64,000 nucleotides of DNA from Arenicellales bacterium (GCA_965204695.1 OZ242007.1:3047701-3111700), one strand, 5' to 3'. Positions 28,635 to 39,557 are shown, counted from the stretch's first letter. Numbers and translations are program-made. The notes: generated by a model from the sequence alone, not told the origin.

Positions 28635-31390
28635 ATGATTCGTTAAACCAAGGCACCGTGGCCTGGTTTGCACGCAATCCGGTGGCCGCCAACCTGTTAA
28701 TGCTGGTGATACTGTTAATGGGCATTGTCACCGCCTTAAATTTACGCACGGAGTCGTTCCCGGCCATTGCACCCAACACGGTCACCGTTGATGTGACCTA
28801 CAACGGCGGCAGTCCTAAAGATAGCGAAGAGGGCGTGGCGGTTATCATTGAACGGGCACTGGACGGTGTGGCCGGGATCAAACGCATTACCTCAACTTCA
28901 ACCGAATCGGGTGTGACGGTCGGAGTGCGGATGCTGGATGGGTATTCACTAAACCGCTTGATGGAAGACGTTAAACTTAAGGTGGACAGCATCAATAATC
29001 TACCGGACCAAACGGAGCGTCCGATCATTCGCCAACAGCAAGAAGAACGTCATGTTATCTACGTGCAATTGTATGGCGAGGTTGACGAAAAAACACTCAA
29101 AGAAGCCGCGAACCGGGTTCGCGATGAGTTACTTTTATTAGAAGACGTTAATTTGGTCACGAATTATGGCGAACGTGATTATGAAATTAATATCGAAGTC
29201 TCGGAACAAAATTTACGCCGCTATGGATTAACGTTCGACGAGATCGTCAACGCTGTGCGCAACAACTCCATTAATCAATCAGCCGGAGCAGTGCAGACGA
29301 CGGCTGGACGGATTACCTTACAAACCCGTGAGCAAGCTTATTACGGTCAGGAATTTGGTGAGATTTCGTTGCGTGCGGCCGTCAGCGGTGCTGAGATAAA
29401 ACTTAAGGACGTGGCCCAAATCCTAGGCGGATTTGTGAATGAACAGGTGTTCTCAACCTTTCAAGGTCAACCCTCAATTGGACTGGACGTGCAGTTGATC
29501 GGTCAGGAAAGCATTACTCGTGCGTCTGAACGGGTACAACAACGAATTGACGAATTATAACGGGCAAGTTGGTTACCGCAATCGGTCAACATTGACACTT
29601 GGTATAACCAAGCGGCGTTTATTGAGGATCGCTTAGGTTTAATGCTGAAAAATGCCGCCCAGGGCATGTTACTGGTGTTGGTAATACTCGCGCTTTTCAT
29701 GAATTTAAAGCTAGCATTGTGGGTGGCTTTGGGCATCCCGGTCTCGTTTGCAGGCACATTATGGTTGATGGGGCCAGAGTATCTCAATTATTCGCTCAAC
29801 GAATTGACTACCTTCGGCTTTATTATCGTACTGGGCATTGTGGTGGACGATGCTATTGTCATTGGTGAGAATATCTTTACCGCTAAACGTCAACACGGCC
29901 CGGGGTTGGCTGCGACCGTTCGAGGGGCAAAAGAAGTGGCGGTACCGGCTACGTTCGGGGTGTTAACAACAGTAGCCGCGTTTTATCCGTTAACACTGAT
30001 CAAAGGTGAAATGGGCAGTTTGTTTGCACAAATTGTCGTGATTGTCATGGTGTGTTTGTTGTTTTCATTGGTGGAATCCAAGTGGATTTTACCTGCCCAT
30101 TTAGTGCCTGTTGATGTCTCCAGAACTAAAAAAGCCCGGGGCATAGCTGGGTTATGGCAATGCCTACAACTAAAAATTGATCAGGGATTACGGGTTGTTA
30201 TCGAACGAGGCTATTTGCCATTGTTAAAGCGGATGATTCATTGGCGTTATTTGGCTTTTGCTGGGTTCATTGCCGTATTCATCCTAACTGTGGGCATGAT
30301 TCCTGCCGGGAAAGTACGCAGTGTGTTTTTCCCGGATATTCAAACTGGGGTGGTATTCGCCGATGTCACGTTCAACAAAGGGATCGGGGCAGAGCGTGCC
30401 AATCATATGGCGCAACAGATCGATCAGGCTTTGAAAGTTGCGAGTGATGCGCTGAAACAGGAGTTATCACTGAAGGTTGATCCGGTACAGGCGGTATTTA
30501 CCTATGTCACTGACGATCAATCAGCCAATGTGATTGGCGAGTTGGCGCCTGCCAGTGAGCGACGTTATCCGGTTACAGAGGTGCTTAATCGCTGGCGGGA
30601 ATTAAGCGGTGACTTAACGGGGGTTAAATCGGCTGATTTTTACAGTGATTTTAGCGGCGAAGGTGACATTGAAGTGGAAATTAGGGGTTCAAATTTCAGT
30701 GTTTTATCTCAGGCGGCTCACCAACTGAAGCAACACTTACGTGATTTCCAGGGTATTTATGATGTTCAAGATAGTTTGGCCGACACCACCTCCGAATTGA
30801 TCGTTCATCTCAAACCACCGGCCATGGCTTATGGGTTAACCCAAGCCGATGTCACCAGCCAATTACGTCAAGGGTATTACGGTGAAGTGGCCCAACAGAT
30901 TCAACGTGGACGCGATGAAATCGATGTGCGGGTCCGCTATCCGTATCGTCAGCGCCAAAGCGTTACTGATCTTGAGAACATTCACATTCGTACTCCTGAC
31001 GGGGTATCGGTGCCGTTTACCACCGTGGCAACATTGGAATTAACCGATTCACTCAGCGAAATCAAACGGATCGATAAACACCGTGAGGTGACCGTCAGTG
31101 CTAGGGTCGATAAGGCAATTGCGTCATCGTCGGAGATCACCCAAAACTTACAATCTAACTTTTTCGGGCAGTTGGTGAGGGATTTTCCTGGTATTAAAAT
31201 CAATCTTGACGGCGAGGCCGCCGAAGAAGCAGATGCCTCCGCGTCCTTACTTAAAGGGTTTATTTTATCTTTGATGTTGATTTATGCCTTACTGGCGATT
31301 CCACTGAAATCCTATATGCAGCCGCTGGTGATTATGTCGGTGATTCCATTTGGGATAATCGGTGCGATCTTTGGACACTGGATAGTCTTT
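28631..31390 (+). pseudogene. RND permease (AcrB/HAE1-like) with an in-frame TAA and a deleted 3' end
   Basis: The same reading frame continues across the TAA at 29558-29560 (..RIDEL*RASWLPQSV..). Homology ends after ..IPFGIIGAIFGHWI (~31385), about 110 codons short of a full-length pump. Confidence 0.8.
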
Positions 31391-31398
31391 CTCTTTCC

Positions 31399-32124
31399 GT
31401 GTTGTTTTCAGGGTGTGTCGGTCGGACAGCCCTACAGGCTAATGAGAACAGCGCTCGAACATCAGCAGAGCATAACGATCCATTTGAAACCATTAATCGC
31501 TCCGTATATCGGTTTAATAGCAAAATCGATCAGTATGTGTTTAAGCCAATCGCCAAAACGTACCGAAAGATTACCCCTGATCCCGTTGAGAAGGGGGTAA
31601 GTAATTTTTTCGATAACTTGGGAGAGCCTGTCAATATGGTGAACAATGCCTTGCAAGGAAAATTAGACGATGCGGGGACCAGCGGTGGCCGCTTTATTCT
31701 CAATACCACCCTTGGGGTATTAGGAATTATCGATATGGCAGATAAGCTTGAGATACCCGACGTCGACGAGGACTTTGGTCAAACACTCGCCGTATGGGGC
31801 GTACCCAGTGGTCCATATTTAGTACTGCCGTTTTTTGGTCCACGTTATTTGCGCGGTACCAGTAGTTTTATCGTCGACAGAGCAGTGGATCCGCAAACTT
31901 ATGTTGGTGGCGATGCACGATTACCCTTAATCATTTTGGATACCGTCAATACACGGGCAGAATTCTTAGGGCAAGATGATTTTCTTGAGATGCAAATAGA
32001 TCCGTATATCTTTTTAAGAGAAAGCTATCAGCAACGACGCCAACTTGAAATTAAAGATACGGCAGCAGAACAGATTGATGATTTCGATGACGAGTTTGAA
32101 GAAGATGTGGCTGTGACACAATGA
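31399..32124 (+). CDS. mlaA: MlaA/VacJ-family lipoprotein; the 5' end is clipped at the deletion junction
   Basis: The lipobox remnant is LFSGC, followed by NDPFETINRSVYRFNSKIDQYVFKPIAKTY. Only ~4 residues precede the lipobox Cys if the GTG at 31399 is used. Confidence 0.7.
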   Translation: MLFSGCVGRTALQANENSARTSAEHNDPFETINRSVYRFNSKIDQYVFKPIAKTYRKITPDPVEKGVSNFFDNLGEPVNMVNNALQGKLDDAGTSGGRFILNTTLGVLGIIDMADKLEIPDVDEDFGQTLAVWGVPSGPYLVLPFFGPRYLRGTSSFIVDRAVDPQTYVGGDARLPLIILDTVNTRAEFLGQDDFLEMQIDPYIFLRESYQQRRQLEIKDTAAEQIDDFDDEFEEDVAVTQ

Positions 32125-32202
32125 TCTCATACAAGTAATTGATATGCATCAAGGAGAAAAAGACTCTTATAGAGATAAACCTATTAAGTTAGAATCGCCA
32201 GA

Positions 32203-33423
32203 ATGATAGAAGCACGGACTGTTCAATTTCTCAATAATACAACACCGCCGCATATTCTAACGTTAATTCTCTTAGCAGGAATTCAGGCGCTGGCAATGAA
32301 TATTTTTTTGCCCAGCCTACCTAACATGACAGCATACTTTCAGGCCGAATACCGCGTGTTGCAACTATCCGTTGCGGTTTATCTCGCGGTGAGTGCTGTA
32401 TTACAACTCATCATCGGTCCAATTTCAGATAAATACGGTCGCCGCCCCATAATCCTGTGGGGAATCATCCTGTTTCTTATTGCAACAATTGGTTGTATGT
32501 TGGCCACCAGTGCGGAAATGTTTTTAGTATTTCGTATGCTGCAAGCCGCAGTGGCTGTGACATTGATGTTGTCACGCGCGATTATTAGTGACATTGCCCC
32601 GCGTGATCAAGCGGCGTCAATGATCGGTTATGTCACCATGGGCGTGGCGGTGGTGCCGATGTTTGGCCCAGCGATTGGCGGTATTTTTGATGAAGCCTTC
32701 GGCTGGAAATCCAACTTTATGTTGTTGTTTACACTGGGTGCAATAATATTGTGGTTAAGCTGGTCTGATTTGGGTGAAACAGCACCTAAGAGTATGAATA
32801 CCTTAGGTCAACAGTTTCGTGAATATCCCGAACTACTCATGTCCCCGCGATTTTGGGGGTATGCACTGGCCTCTGGTTTCGCCTCCGGTGTGTTTTTCGC
32901 CTATCTTGGAGGTGCACCATTTATTGGTACAGAGGTTTATAATCTGTCCTCAAAAGCACTGGGGTTTTACTTTGGCTCTCCAGCCATCGGCTACTTTTTG
33001 GGTAATTATCTCTCGGGTCGTTTCTCAACCCGTATGGGAGTTAACACCATGGTATTTTGGGGCACGATGATCACGCTTCTGGGTGTTATCTTGCCTATAG
33101 TCTTCATCATGTCAGGCGTGACTCATCCCCTTGGCTTTTTCGGGTTTATTACTCTTGTCGGATTAGGTAATGGCATGACCATCCCCAATGCGAGTGCTGG
33201 AATGCTTGCTGTACGGCCACAGCTTGCGGGTACTGCGTCCGGACTAGGGGGGGCAATCATGATTTTTGGTGGAGCGACGTTAAGCGCGTTGGCGGGAATT
33301 CTACTTACAACTGGTACGGGTGCTTATCCGTTGTTATTGATAATGTTAACCACTTCTGTGCTGGGCGTTGTTTCCATACGGTATGTGATTTTTCGTGAAA
33401 AGAAATTATCTATAATGAGATAA
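32203..33423 (+). CDS. MFS transporter (Bcr/CflA drug-resistance subfamily-like)
   Basis: It has 12 predicted TM segments and the motif GPISDKYGRRPIIL between TM2 and TM3. Confidence 0.8.
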   Translation: MIEARTVQFLNNTTPPHILTLILLAGIQALAMNIFLPSLPNMTAYFQAEYRVLQLSVAVYLAVSAVLQLIIGPISDKYGRRPIILWGIILFLIATIGCMLATSAEMFLVFRMLQAAVAVTLMLSRAIISDIAPRDQAASMIGYVTMGVAVVPMFGPAIGGIFDEAFGWKSNFMLLFTLGAIILWLSWSDLGETAPKSMNTLGQQFREYPELLMSPRFWGYALASGFASGVFFAYLGGAPFIGTEVYNLSSKALGFYFGSPAIGYFLGNYLSGRFSTRMGVNTMVFWGTMITLLGVILPIVFIMSGVTHPLGFFGFITLVGLGNGMTIPNASAGMLAVRPQLAGTASGLGGAIMIFGGATLSALAGILLTTGTGAYPLLLIMLTTSVLGVVSIRYVIFREKKLSIMR

Positions 33424-33685
33424 GTTTAATAGCTATAAAACTAAAGAAATTCTGTTAGTTACAAATCTTTTTTTTCATTTTAGTTTAGAAAAGCATCATG
33501 AAATTAAACCAACAATCCTCTTGGAGAGTGAAAAATAAGATGAAGGCTAGGCAGTATGGTTGCCACATTATATCGACGGTTTATTCATTGACCTATGACT
33601 AATACAACGTGGTTGTATCGCTTGAATCACAATGATTGATTATGTTTGGTTTCAGTAACGGTTAAACTCGGAATCTTTGCCCAGG

Positions 33686-34699
33686 TAACTAACCTGAGTT
33701 CGGAGAAACGGATTTAAGCTGAAGCCATGAAAGCTTGGTGTTCAGTTGTGGAGAGTTTAATAGCCGGTTTAAGGGGTTGGTGGGTGTATGCAATCAATCC
33801 GGCGATCAGATTGACAATAAAGTTTTTAGCACTGCGATGGCGAGTATGTTCAATCTGCGAGATATTCTTCAACTGATCGAAAATGGTTTCAATAATAAAC
33901 CGCTTTCTGAGCATAAGCCGATCCCATAAACTCATCAGTTGCGGTTTCATGTTCTTGCGGATGGTGGTAATCAAACGAAGATGTTGTTGATGCAATTTGG
34001 CGGTCAGTGTTTGAGATAAATAGCCTTTATCAGCGTATAGCATACCGGTTAACTGTTTGACTAATTCAGGGACAGGGGTCCGATCATCGGTATTGCCAGG
34101 TGTGAATTTAATCGCCAGAATTTCGCCTAAGTGATTGATCACAAGGTGTAATTTAAACCCATAGAACCAACCGGTTGAGGTTTTACCCCGTTTAGCGGTG
34201 TCTTTAAACACCAAGTGGCGAGGAATGCGCAGGTTATGGCAAACACACAATGACGTTGAATCAATAAACGCGATCCCGGTCGGTTGCCCATAACGTTGAG
34301 TCAGGTAAGCACATAACGGCACGGTGATACCACTCATGCGCTCGACAAAACGCGTGTAACTGAGCAGCCCTGGAAACTGATCGGCCAACTGTTTCACCAC
34401 ATGGTTCAAGTAATAGTGCTTGAAATTTCGATAACCGCTTCGGTGAAAGTGAATCACGATCGTCATGATCTCACTGTCTGATAGCTGTGTTGGATAAGGG
34501 CGTTTACGTGGGTTGGATTCGATCAGTTGCTGCTGGCAAACCGGGAGAAAACGCTGGCAAAAATCATCGACATCGCAGAATAATTCGACTAAATTCATAA
34601 CAACACCTGCTGGATAAGACAATTCATGAGGTAATTTATCTCATTTATCTTGCAGGTGTTTGTTTTTATTATCTTATTTCTTCGAACTCAGGTTAACTA
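33686..34699 (-). mobile_element. IS982-family insertion sequence (~1.0 kb)
   Basis: The terminal IRs are TAACCTGAGTTCGGAGAAA (left) and TAACCTGAGTTCGAAGAAA (reverse complement of the right end). It has a single transposase ORF. The exact outer ends are +/- a few bp. Confidence 0.8.
33714..34622 (-). CDS. IS982-family DDE transposase
   Basis: 302 aa. Motifs include DSTSLCVCHNLRI, GWFYGFKLHLVIN, FTPGNTDDR and YADKGYLS. Confidence 0.85.
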   Translation of the reverse strand: MSYPAGVVMNLVELFCDVDDFCQRFLPVCQQQLIESNPRKRPYPTQLSDSEIMTIVIHFHRSGYRNFKHYYLNHVVKQLADQFPGLLSYTRFVERMSGITVPLCAYLTQRYGQPTGIAFIDSTSLCVCHNLRIPRHLVFKDTAKRGKTSTGWFYGFKLHLVINHLGEILAIKFTPGNTDDRTPVPELVKQLTGMLYADKGYLSQTLTAKLHQQHLRLITTIRKNMKPQLMSLWDRLMLRKRFIIETIFDQLKNISQIEHTRHRSAKNFIVNLIAGLIAYTHQPLKPAIKLSTTEHQAFMASA

Positions 34700-34792
34700 A
34701 AATTAGGTGGCATGATATGATGGTAAACTAACCATTATTCCTTTTATTTATGCATCGCTTTTTAAAATAAGAGCGTAAAAAAGGCCCGAGCT

Positions 34793-35650
34793 ATGAGCCG
34801 ATTTGATGTTGTCCTCGCAATTCTTGTCGCCTTGGTGTGGGGATTTGCATTTGTGGTCATCAAAGTTGGAGTAGATAATTTTCCACCACTGTTGTTTTCG
34901 GCAATGCGATTTACATTTGTTGCCTTTCCGTTGGTTTTCTTTCTACCAGCACCCAAAACGCCCTGGCAGATCATCGTGGCGATAGGTTTTGCTCTTGGTG
35001 TCATAAAGTTTTCACTTCTATTCGTCAGCATTGATGTTGGACTAGCACCGGGTCTGGCGTCGCTATTAATCCAGCTGCAGGCTTTATTCACACTCATCTT
35101 CGCGGCAGTGTTACTTAAGGAAAAACCAACGCGACGCCAGATAACAGGAATTGTCATTGCATTTTGCGGCATCAGTGTAGTCATGATAACAATTGATTCA
35201 AGCTCTACATTACTGGGCGTTGTTCTGATCACGATAGCCGCTGTTGCCTGGGCTGTCGCAAACATTCTGCTGCGATATGCCGGACCTGCTCAGATGTTAA
35301 ACCTGATTGTCTGGGCTTCATTGGTGCCACCGTTGCCGGTCTTAGGCCTGTCATTATGGTTGGAAGGCCCAACAATTGGTTGGCAAGCGCTTACCACAAT
35401 GACATGGCAAGGTGGTTTGGCACTTCTGTATGTTACCCTTGTTGGCACATTACTTGGATTTGTAGGCTGGGGACGACTAATCAATCGCTATGGCCCAAGT
35501 CGTATCGCACCTTTCGCCTTATTAGTGCCAATCTTTGGTATGGCCTCATCCGCACTTTTTCTGGGTGAAACATTTGGACCAACGCGTCTTCTGGGGGCAT
35601 TGTTAGTTTTGATCGGGCTTTACTATACAATTGACCGCACTGTTATCTAA
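34793..35650 (+). CDS. EamA/DMT-family transporter
   Basis: It has 10 TM segments in two EamA repeats. The N-terminus AILVALVWGFAFVVIKVG is typical. Confidence 0.8.
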   Translation: MSRFDVVLAILVALVWGFAFVVIKVGVDNFPPLLFSAMRFTFVAFPLVFFLPAPKTPWQIIVAIGFALGVIKFSLLFVSIDVGLAPGLASLLIQLQALFTLIFAAVLLKEKPTRRQITGIVIAFCGISVVMITIDSSSTLLGVVLITIAAVAWAVANILLRYAGPAQMLNLIVWASLVPPLPVLGLSLWLEGPTIGWQALTTMTWQGGLALLYVTLVGTLLGFVGWGRLINRYGPSRIAPFALLVPIFGMASSALFLGETFGPTRLLGALLVLIGLYYTIDRTVI

Positions 35651-35904
35651 TGCATGAGAGTCATTACAGATTTCAGTCTCTGAACATGTATTGAACTACT
35701 GTAGTAAACAATAAGCGTAAGCGTTTAGTTAAGGACAGGATTTTCATTTAAGCTGCCATAGGATGGGGTGAATCAGTGACAGGTGTAGCGTAATTTAATC
35801 CGGCCTGATTACCCACCTTCAGAATGGGCAGAAGCAAATTGCCCTACAGCGATGGATTCATTGCCGGTGACATCTACAGTCTGTTCTAATCATTTTGAAT
35901 TTAT

Positions 35905-37434
35905 TTAACTGTTTGACAATTTTTTCCATATTTCATAGTCGCCAAAATTTTTTTCAAATTGATAATTTTTCCTAATATATTCATCCACAATATTTATATT
36001 TAGATCATATTTAGTATAATTTTCTTCGTACCAGTAGCTGGTCGTCAAAACAATTTTTGTTACTGCACTCGACTCAAGATCTTTAACTATTTGTTCTTGT
36101 GCCGCTGTGGTATTGGTTACCCCGGGGTCCAATTGATGAAATTTTGTAGGATAACCCCTATTAGATAAATAATAGATTATTGGTTTATTAACAATAAACT
36201 GGTCGTGATTTTTTACACCAACATAAATTTCTTCGTTAGATTTGGTATGGTTTTGAATAAAATGAATTGTCTGTTCAAGCTGGTCAGGCAAAGCTATCCT
36301 ACCTGCCCTGGCGACAATAGGTTTTCCGTTGTATTCAATAAATTCATCAATTTGATATTGATCCTTCCAGGTAACTGGAATTCTAAGAATATAAATAACA
36401 AAAAGGGAAAAGAATAATAAGCAGAGAAATCTAAGGTGCCCTTTTAATTGTTTATAACCCAAAAAGAATATAACTGGTACAAGCATCATGTTGATTAACG
36501 CTAGCGGTGTTAAATGTGCAACATCTGACCGAGCTAATACCTGGTTAAGAAAACAGATACCTATTAACGAAACTACCCATATTCCGTAATATTGAATTTT
36601 TATTTCCTTTGCTTTGATAATTTTTGTGGTTGTGAAGATAAATCCACATATGGCAACGAATGGAAAGAAATAGAATAGTTTGTTTGTAATTGATAAATCT
36701 GGATATGGTGTCGAACGAAAATTTGGCATTATCTCAATTGGTAGAATTATCAACTGTTGTATTATTTCTTTAATATCTATCTTCACCCAAATAAAAACCA
36801 ATATTGGCAGACCTAAAATTAAAAATGATGCTAGATAACACAATATATAAGTCCAGTTTAAGGGTTTTTGTTGTAAGGTTTTCAAGGTTAATACAAGTAA
36901 GATTGGAACTGCACCATATGTTGCCAAATCATGTCTGAATAAAGCACTTAGTGTTAACGAAATACCACAAAAAATGAGCGATAAATAGTCTTCCTTATCA
37001 AAATGAAACAATAAAAATATGACACCGATAAAAATTAATAAGATCGATGGAAAAATAGTGTAAAGCGAATTAGATGACCCTACTAGCCAAGCGATAGACA
37101 TAATCCAGCTGAGCAAAGCAATTTGCTTTTGTATGGTTATTTTTAACACAACAAAAAATGCTGATACGGCCAGCAACGCCTTAATTATTAAATCATAAAC
37201 TCGTGCAGTGATTAAACTTGACCCGAATGTATCAAACAAAAAAGCTAATAAATATGTTTGCCCTGGTGGATAGATCGTCCAAAATTCGTTAAACGGAATT
37301 TGCCCATTTTGTATGCGCTCTGCTCCTGCCAAAATTAAACCCTCATCGAAGGGATCCACTTTTTTTGTGATTATTGGGCAAAGAAGAATTATGGACAAAA
37401 TTAATAATAAAATAATTAAATTCCTATCTTTCAT
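35905..37434 (-). CDS. Passenger gene: polytopic GT-C-fold membrane glycosyltransferase-like protein (ArnT/PMT-type), 509 aa
   Basis: It has ~11 TM helices, an acidic first-loop motif (VDPFDEGLILAGAERI) and a C-terminal soluble domain. It is much more AT-rich than the IS genes. The probable start is MKDRNLIILLL; the track ORF extends upstream into IS sequence. Confidence 0.55.
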   Translation of the reverse strand: MKDRNLIILLLILSIILLCPIITKKVDPFDEGLILAGAERIQNGQIPFNEFWTIYPPGQTYLLAFLFDTFGSSLITARVYDLIIKALLAVSAFFVVLKITIQKQIALLSWIMSIAWLVGSSNSLYTIFPSILLIFIGVIFLLFHFDKEDYLSLIFCGISLTLSALFRHDLATYGAVPILLVLTLKTLQQKPLNWTYILCYLASFLILGLPILVFIWVKIDIKEIIQQLIILPIEIMPNFRSTPYPDLSITNKLFYFFPFVAICGFIFTTTKIIKAKEIKIQYYGIWVVSLIGICFLNQVLARSDVAHLTPLALINMMLVPVIFFLGYKQLKGHLRFLCLLFFSLFVIYILRIPVTWKDQYQIDEFIEYNGKPIVARAGRIALPDQLEQTIHFIQNHTKSNEEIYVGVKNHDQFIVNKPIIYYLSNRGYPTKFHQLDPGVTNTTAAQEQIVKDLESSAVTKIVLTTSYWYEENYTKYDLNINIVDEYIRKNYQFEKNFGDYEIWKKLSNS

Positions 37435-37486
37435 AGTGGTATAAAGGGTTCTTATATGGACACCGCCTGATTGACAAGGAATTTTT

Positions 37487-39106
37487 TCAAGCCGCATGGT
37501 CCAATTCAATATTAGGCTTAAACGGCAACAGGTCCTCAATCTGTTCAACCGTCGCCACCTTTGGCAGTTCAGTGAATATCATCTTTAAATATTGATAAGG
37601 CTCCAGGCCATTGACCTTGGCCGTCTCGATCAGGCTGTACAGGTTTGCACTCGCTTTAACACCCGATACGGTGTCGCAAAAAAGCCAATTCTTGCGGCCA
37701 ACCACATAGGGTCTGATCACGTTCTCGGCCAGATTATTGTCAATGTTCAAATAACCATCAGTGATATAAACCGTCAATTTATCCCACTGTTTGTCTAAAT
37801 AGTACATGGCTTTGCCCAAGGCGGTTTGCTTGACAATCAGTGGTAAGTGTTGATCCAGCCATTGCCGTAAATCATTAAGAATCGGTACAGATCGGGATCG
37901 ACGCAATTCATAGCGTTGTTCAGACGTATATGATTTAGCTTGCTTCTCGATCCGATACAATAGTCGAATCCGCTGTAATGCTTGATGGGCTAACGGTATT
38001 TTCCTGGACTTCAGTTTGCCTTGCGCTACAATCGCCTGGTCAAACTTGCGTTTAGCATGCGCCCAGCAACCTAATTGGGTAATGCCGTTTTCCAGGCAAA
38101 CTTTGTTATACCCCTCATAGCCATCCGTCTGTAAATAACCCGAATAATCCCCTAACAGGTCAACCGGAACACTTTGGCCTCGAGTTGGCGCATAGTCATA
38201 CAATATGATTGTTTTATCCGGCGGGCCACCACGTTGCACCCACATGAATGACTGACTTTGGGGCGTCTTACCCGGCTCTTTTAATACCTGGCATCGTGTT
38301 TCGTCCATCTGGATAATATCGTAGCTCAACATTGATTCACGCAGTAAATTAATCAGCGGCTGGGTCAATATGCCCACCTTGATCATCCAGTTCGCTAAAG
38401 ACGACCGAGTAATGGGTATCTTCAAACGCTTGAATTCTAACTCCTGACGATACAACGGCATCGAATTCACATATTTGTTAATCACGACATGCGCCAAAGT
38501 CCCCGCACAAGCGATACTGCCGGGAATCGGCTGAGTCGGCAGCTTTGCGGCTTTAATGGTTTGTTTGCAATTCGGGCAGCTATAGGTCTTCTTGATATGC
38601 TTGATCACTCGAACCGTCATGGGAATTAGTTCAATCTGCTCAGAAACTTTCTGACCGATTTGCTTCAACTCACTTTGGCAGTGATCACACGTGCATTCAT
38701 TCTCGTCCAGTTCATGGATCACTTCAACACGAGGCAAGTGATCTGGAAGTGGCCTACGGCCACCCTTTGACTGTTTACGGGTATAGCCCGATACATTAGT
38801 TTCGGACCCACCCTGATCAGGCTCGTTGTCTTGACTCGCATGATCGGCTAAAGCTTCTGCCTCATTGAATAGCAACGATAACTGATCCGAGTCGGTATTA
38901 AACTTCTCACTGCGTGAGCCAAAGTTCTGGTGCTTGGCTAAGGCAATCGCTTCAATAAGCTGATTAATATACTCATTTTGATGGTTGAGCTTGGCATCTT
39001 TGGTCACCAAATCATCAGTGAGATGGGTGATTGTTTTTTGCAGTTGAAACACGAGTTCTTTGAGTTTCTCAGGCTCATTAGGCAGTAATTCAACGGATTG
39101 ATTCAT
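37487..39106 (-). CDS. tnpC: IS66-family transposase TnpC (probable start MNQSVELLPNEPE; the track ORF starts at 39178)
   Basis: It has a leucine-zipper N-terminus, a zinc-finger-like CTCDHC...CPNC segment and the DDE core (IQMDETRCQVL...LQTDGYEGY...CWAHAKRKF). Confidence 0.9.
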   Translation of the reverse strand: MNQSVELLPNEPEKLKELVFQLQKTITHLTDDLVTKDAKLNHQNEYINQLIEAIALAKHQNFGSRSEKFNTDSDQLSLLFNEAEALADHASQDNEPDQGGSETNVSGYTRKQSKGGRRPLPDHLPRVEVIHELDENECTCDHCQSELKQIGQKVSEQIELIPMTVRVIKHIKKTYSCPNCKQTIKAAKLPTQPIPGSIACAGTLAHVVINKYVNSMPLYRQELEFKRLKIPITRSSLANWMIKVGILTQPLINLLRESMLSYDIIQMDETRCQVLKEPGKTPQSQSFMWVQRGGPPDKTIILYDYAPTRGQSVPVDLLGDYSGYLQTDGYEGYNKVCLENGITQLGCWAHAKRKFDQAIVAQGKLKSRKIPLAHQALQRIRLLYRIEKQAKSYTSEQRYELRRSRSVPILNDLRQWLDQHLPLIVKQTALGKAMYYLDKQWDKLTVYITDGYLNIDNNLAENVIRPYVVGRKNWLFCDTVSGVKASANLYSLIETAKVNGLEPYQYLKMIFTELPKVATVEQIEDLLPFKPNIELDHAA

Positions 39107-39185
39107 GGGGCTAATTTTACCACAGATAGCCCCGAAAGCCTTATAAACAAAGGCTTTAACCAAAATCATCATGCCCATGTTAATG

Positions 39186-39557
39186 CTATAACACCGTATG
39201 ATGCGGTAATTGCATATGACCTTGTAGCAAGGTTAGATCATACCCATCTAATAACCAGTTGATTTGCTGAGCGTTGAGCTCAACCTGGTCCATCGGCAGA
39301 TTCACCGGCCAGCGAAACCGGGCTTTCTCAATACGTTTCATCCACAGAATAAACCCGTTGCCTTCCCAGGCAATCATTTTGATAATCGTTCTGGCTGCAT
39401 TGCAGAAGATAAACAATTTCGAGGAAAACGGGTCTAAATTCATCTGTCCCTCAACAATGGCGACCAACCCATTTATCGATTTGCGCATGTCCACCGGATG
39501 ACGATACAAATAAATCACTGAATCTGAAGATGGACGAATCAACGCTTGAGTCCACAA
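39186..39557 (-). CDS. tnpB: IS66 Orf2 (TnpB)
   Basis: IYLYRHPVDMRKSINGLVAIV...DPFSSKLFIFCN...GNGFILWMKRIEKARFRWP is the canonical IS66 orf2 motif set. Confidence 0.9.
   Translation of the reverse strand: MWTQALIRPSSDSVIYLYRHPVDMRKSINGLVAIVEGQMNLDPFSSKLFIFCNAARTIIKMIAWEGNGFILWMKRIEKARFRWPVNLPMDQVELNAQQINWLLDGYDLTLLQGHMQLPHHTVL

Noticed and set aside
31399-32124. mlaA as a fully intact gene.
   Set aside because: The only in-frame start leaves about 4 residues before the lipobox Cys, which is too short for a signal peptide. The upstream in-frame sequence is RND-pump DNA. I annotated it as a CDS because the mature domain is complete, but export is doubtful.
25144-33495. An identical 15-mer, AGTTTAGAAAAGCAT, occurs at 25144-25158 and 33481-33495.
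   Set aside because: About two identical 15-mer pairs are expected by chance in 64 kb, and more in AT-rich DNA. There is no shared context or extended similarity.
37438-37470. Candidate internal IS66 right end (GTATAAAGGGTTCTTATATGGACACC) just after tnpC, which would make a canonical 2.5-kb IS.
   Set aside because: It matches the GTAAGCG-type termini poorly, and no 8-bp duplication pairs with it (TCATAGTG versus CAATAAGC). By contrast, the distal end at 35717 has a good IR and a perfect duplication. I retained it only as a possible decayed ancestral end.
35905-37548. The track ORF of 547 aa starts at 37548.
   Set aside because: The first 38 codons overlap the tnpC 3' end and the IS sequence, and they are not hydrophobic or membrane-like. 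The ATG at 37434 (MKDRNLIILLL) begins the membrane protein proper.
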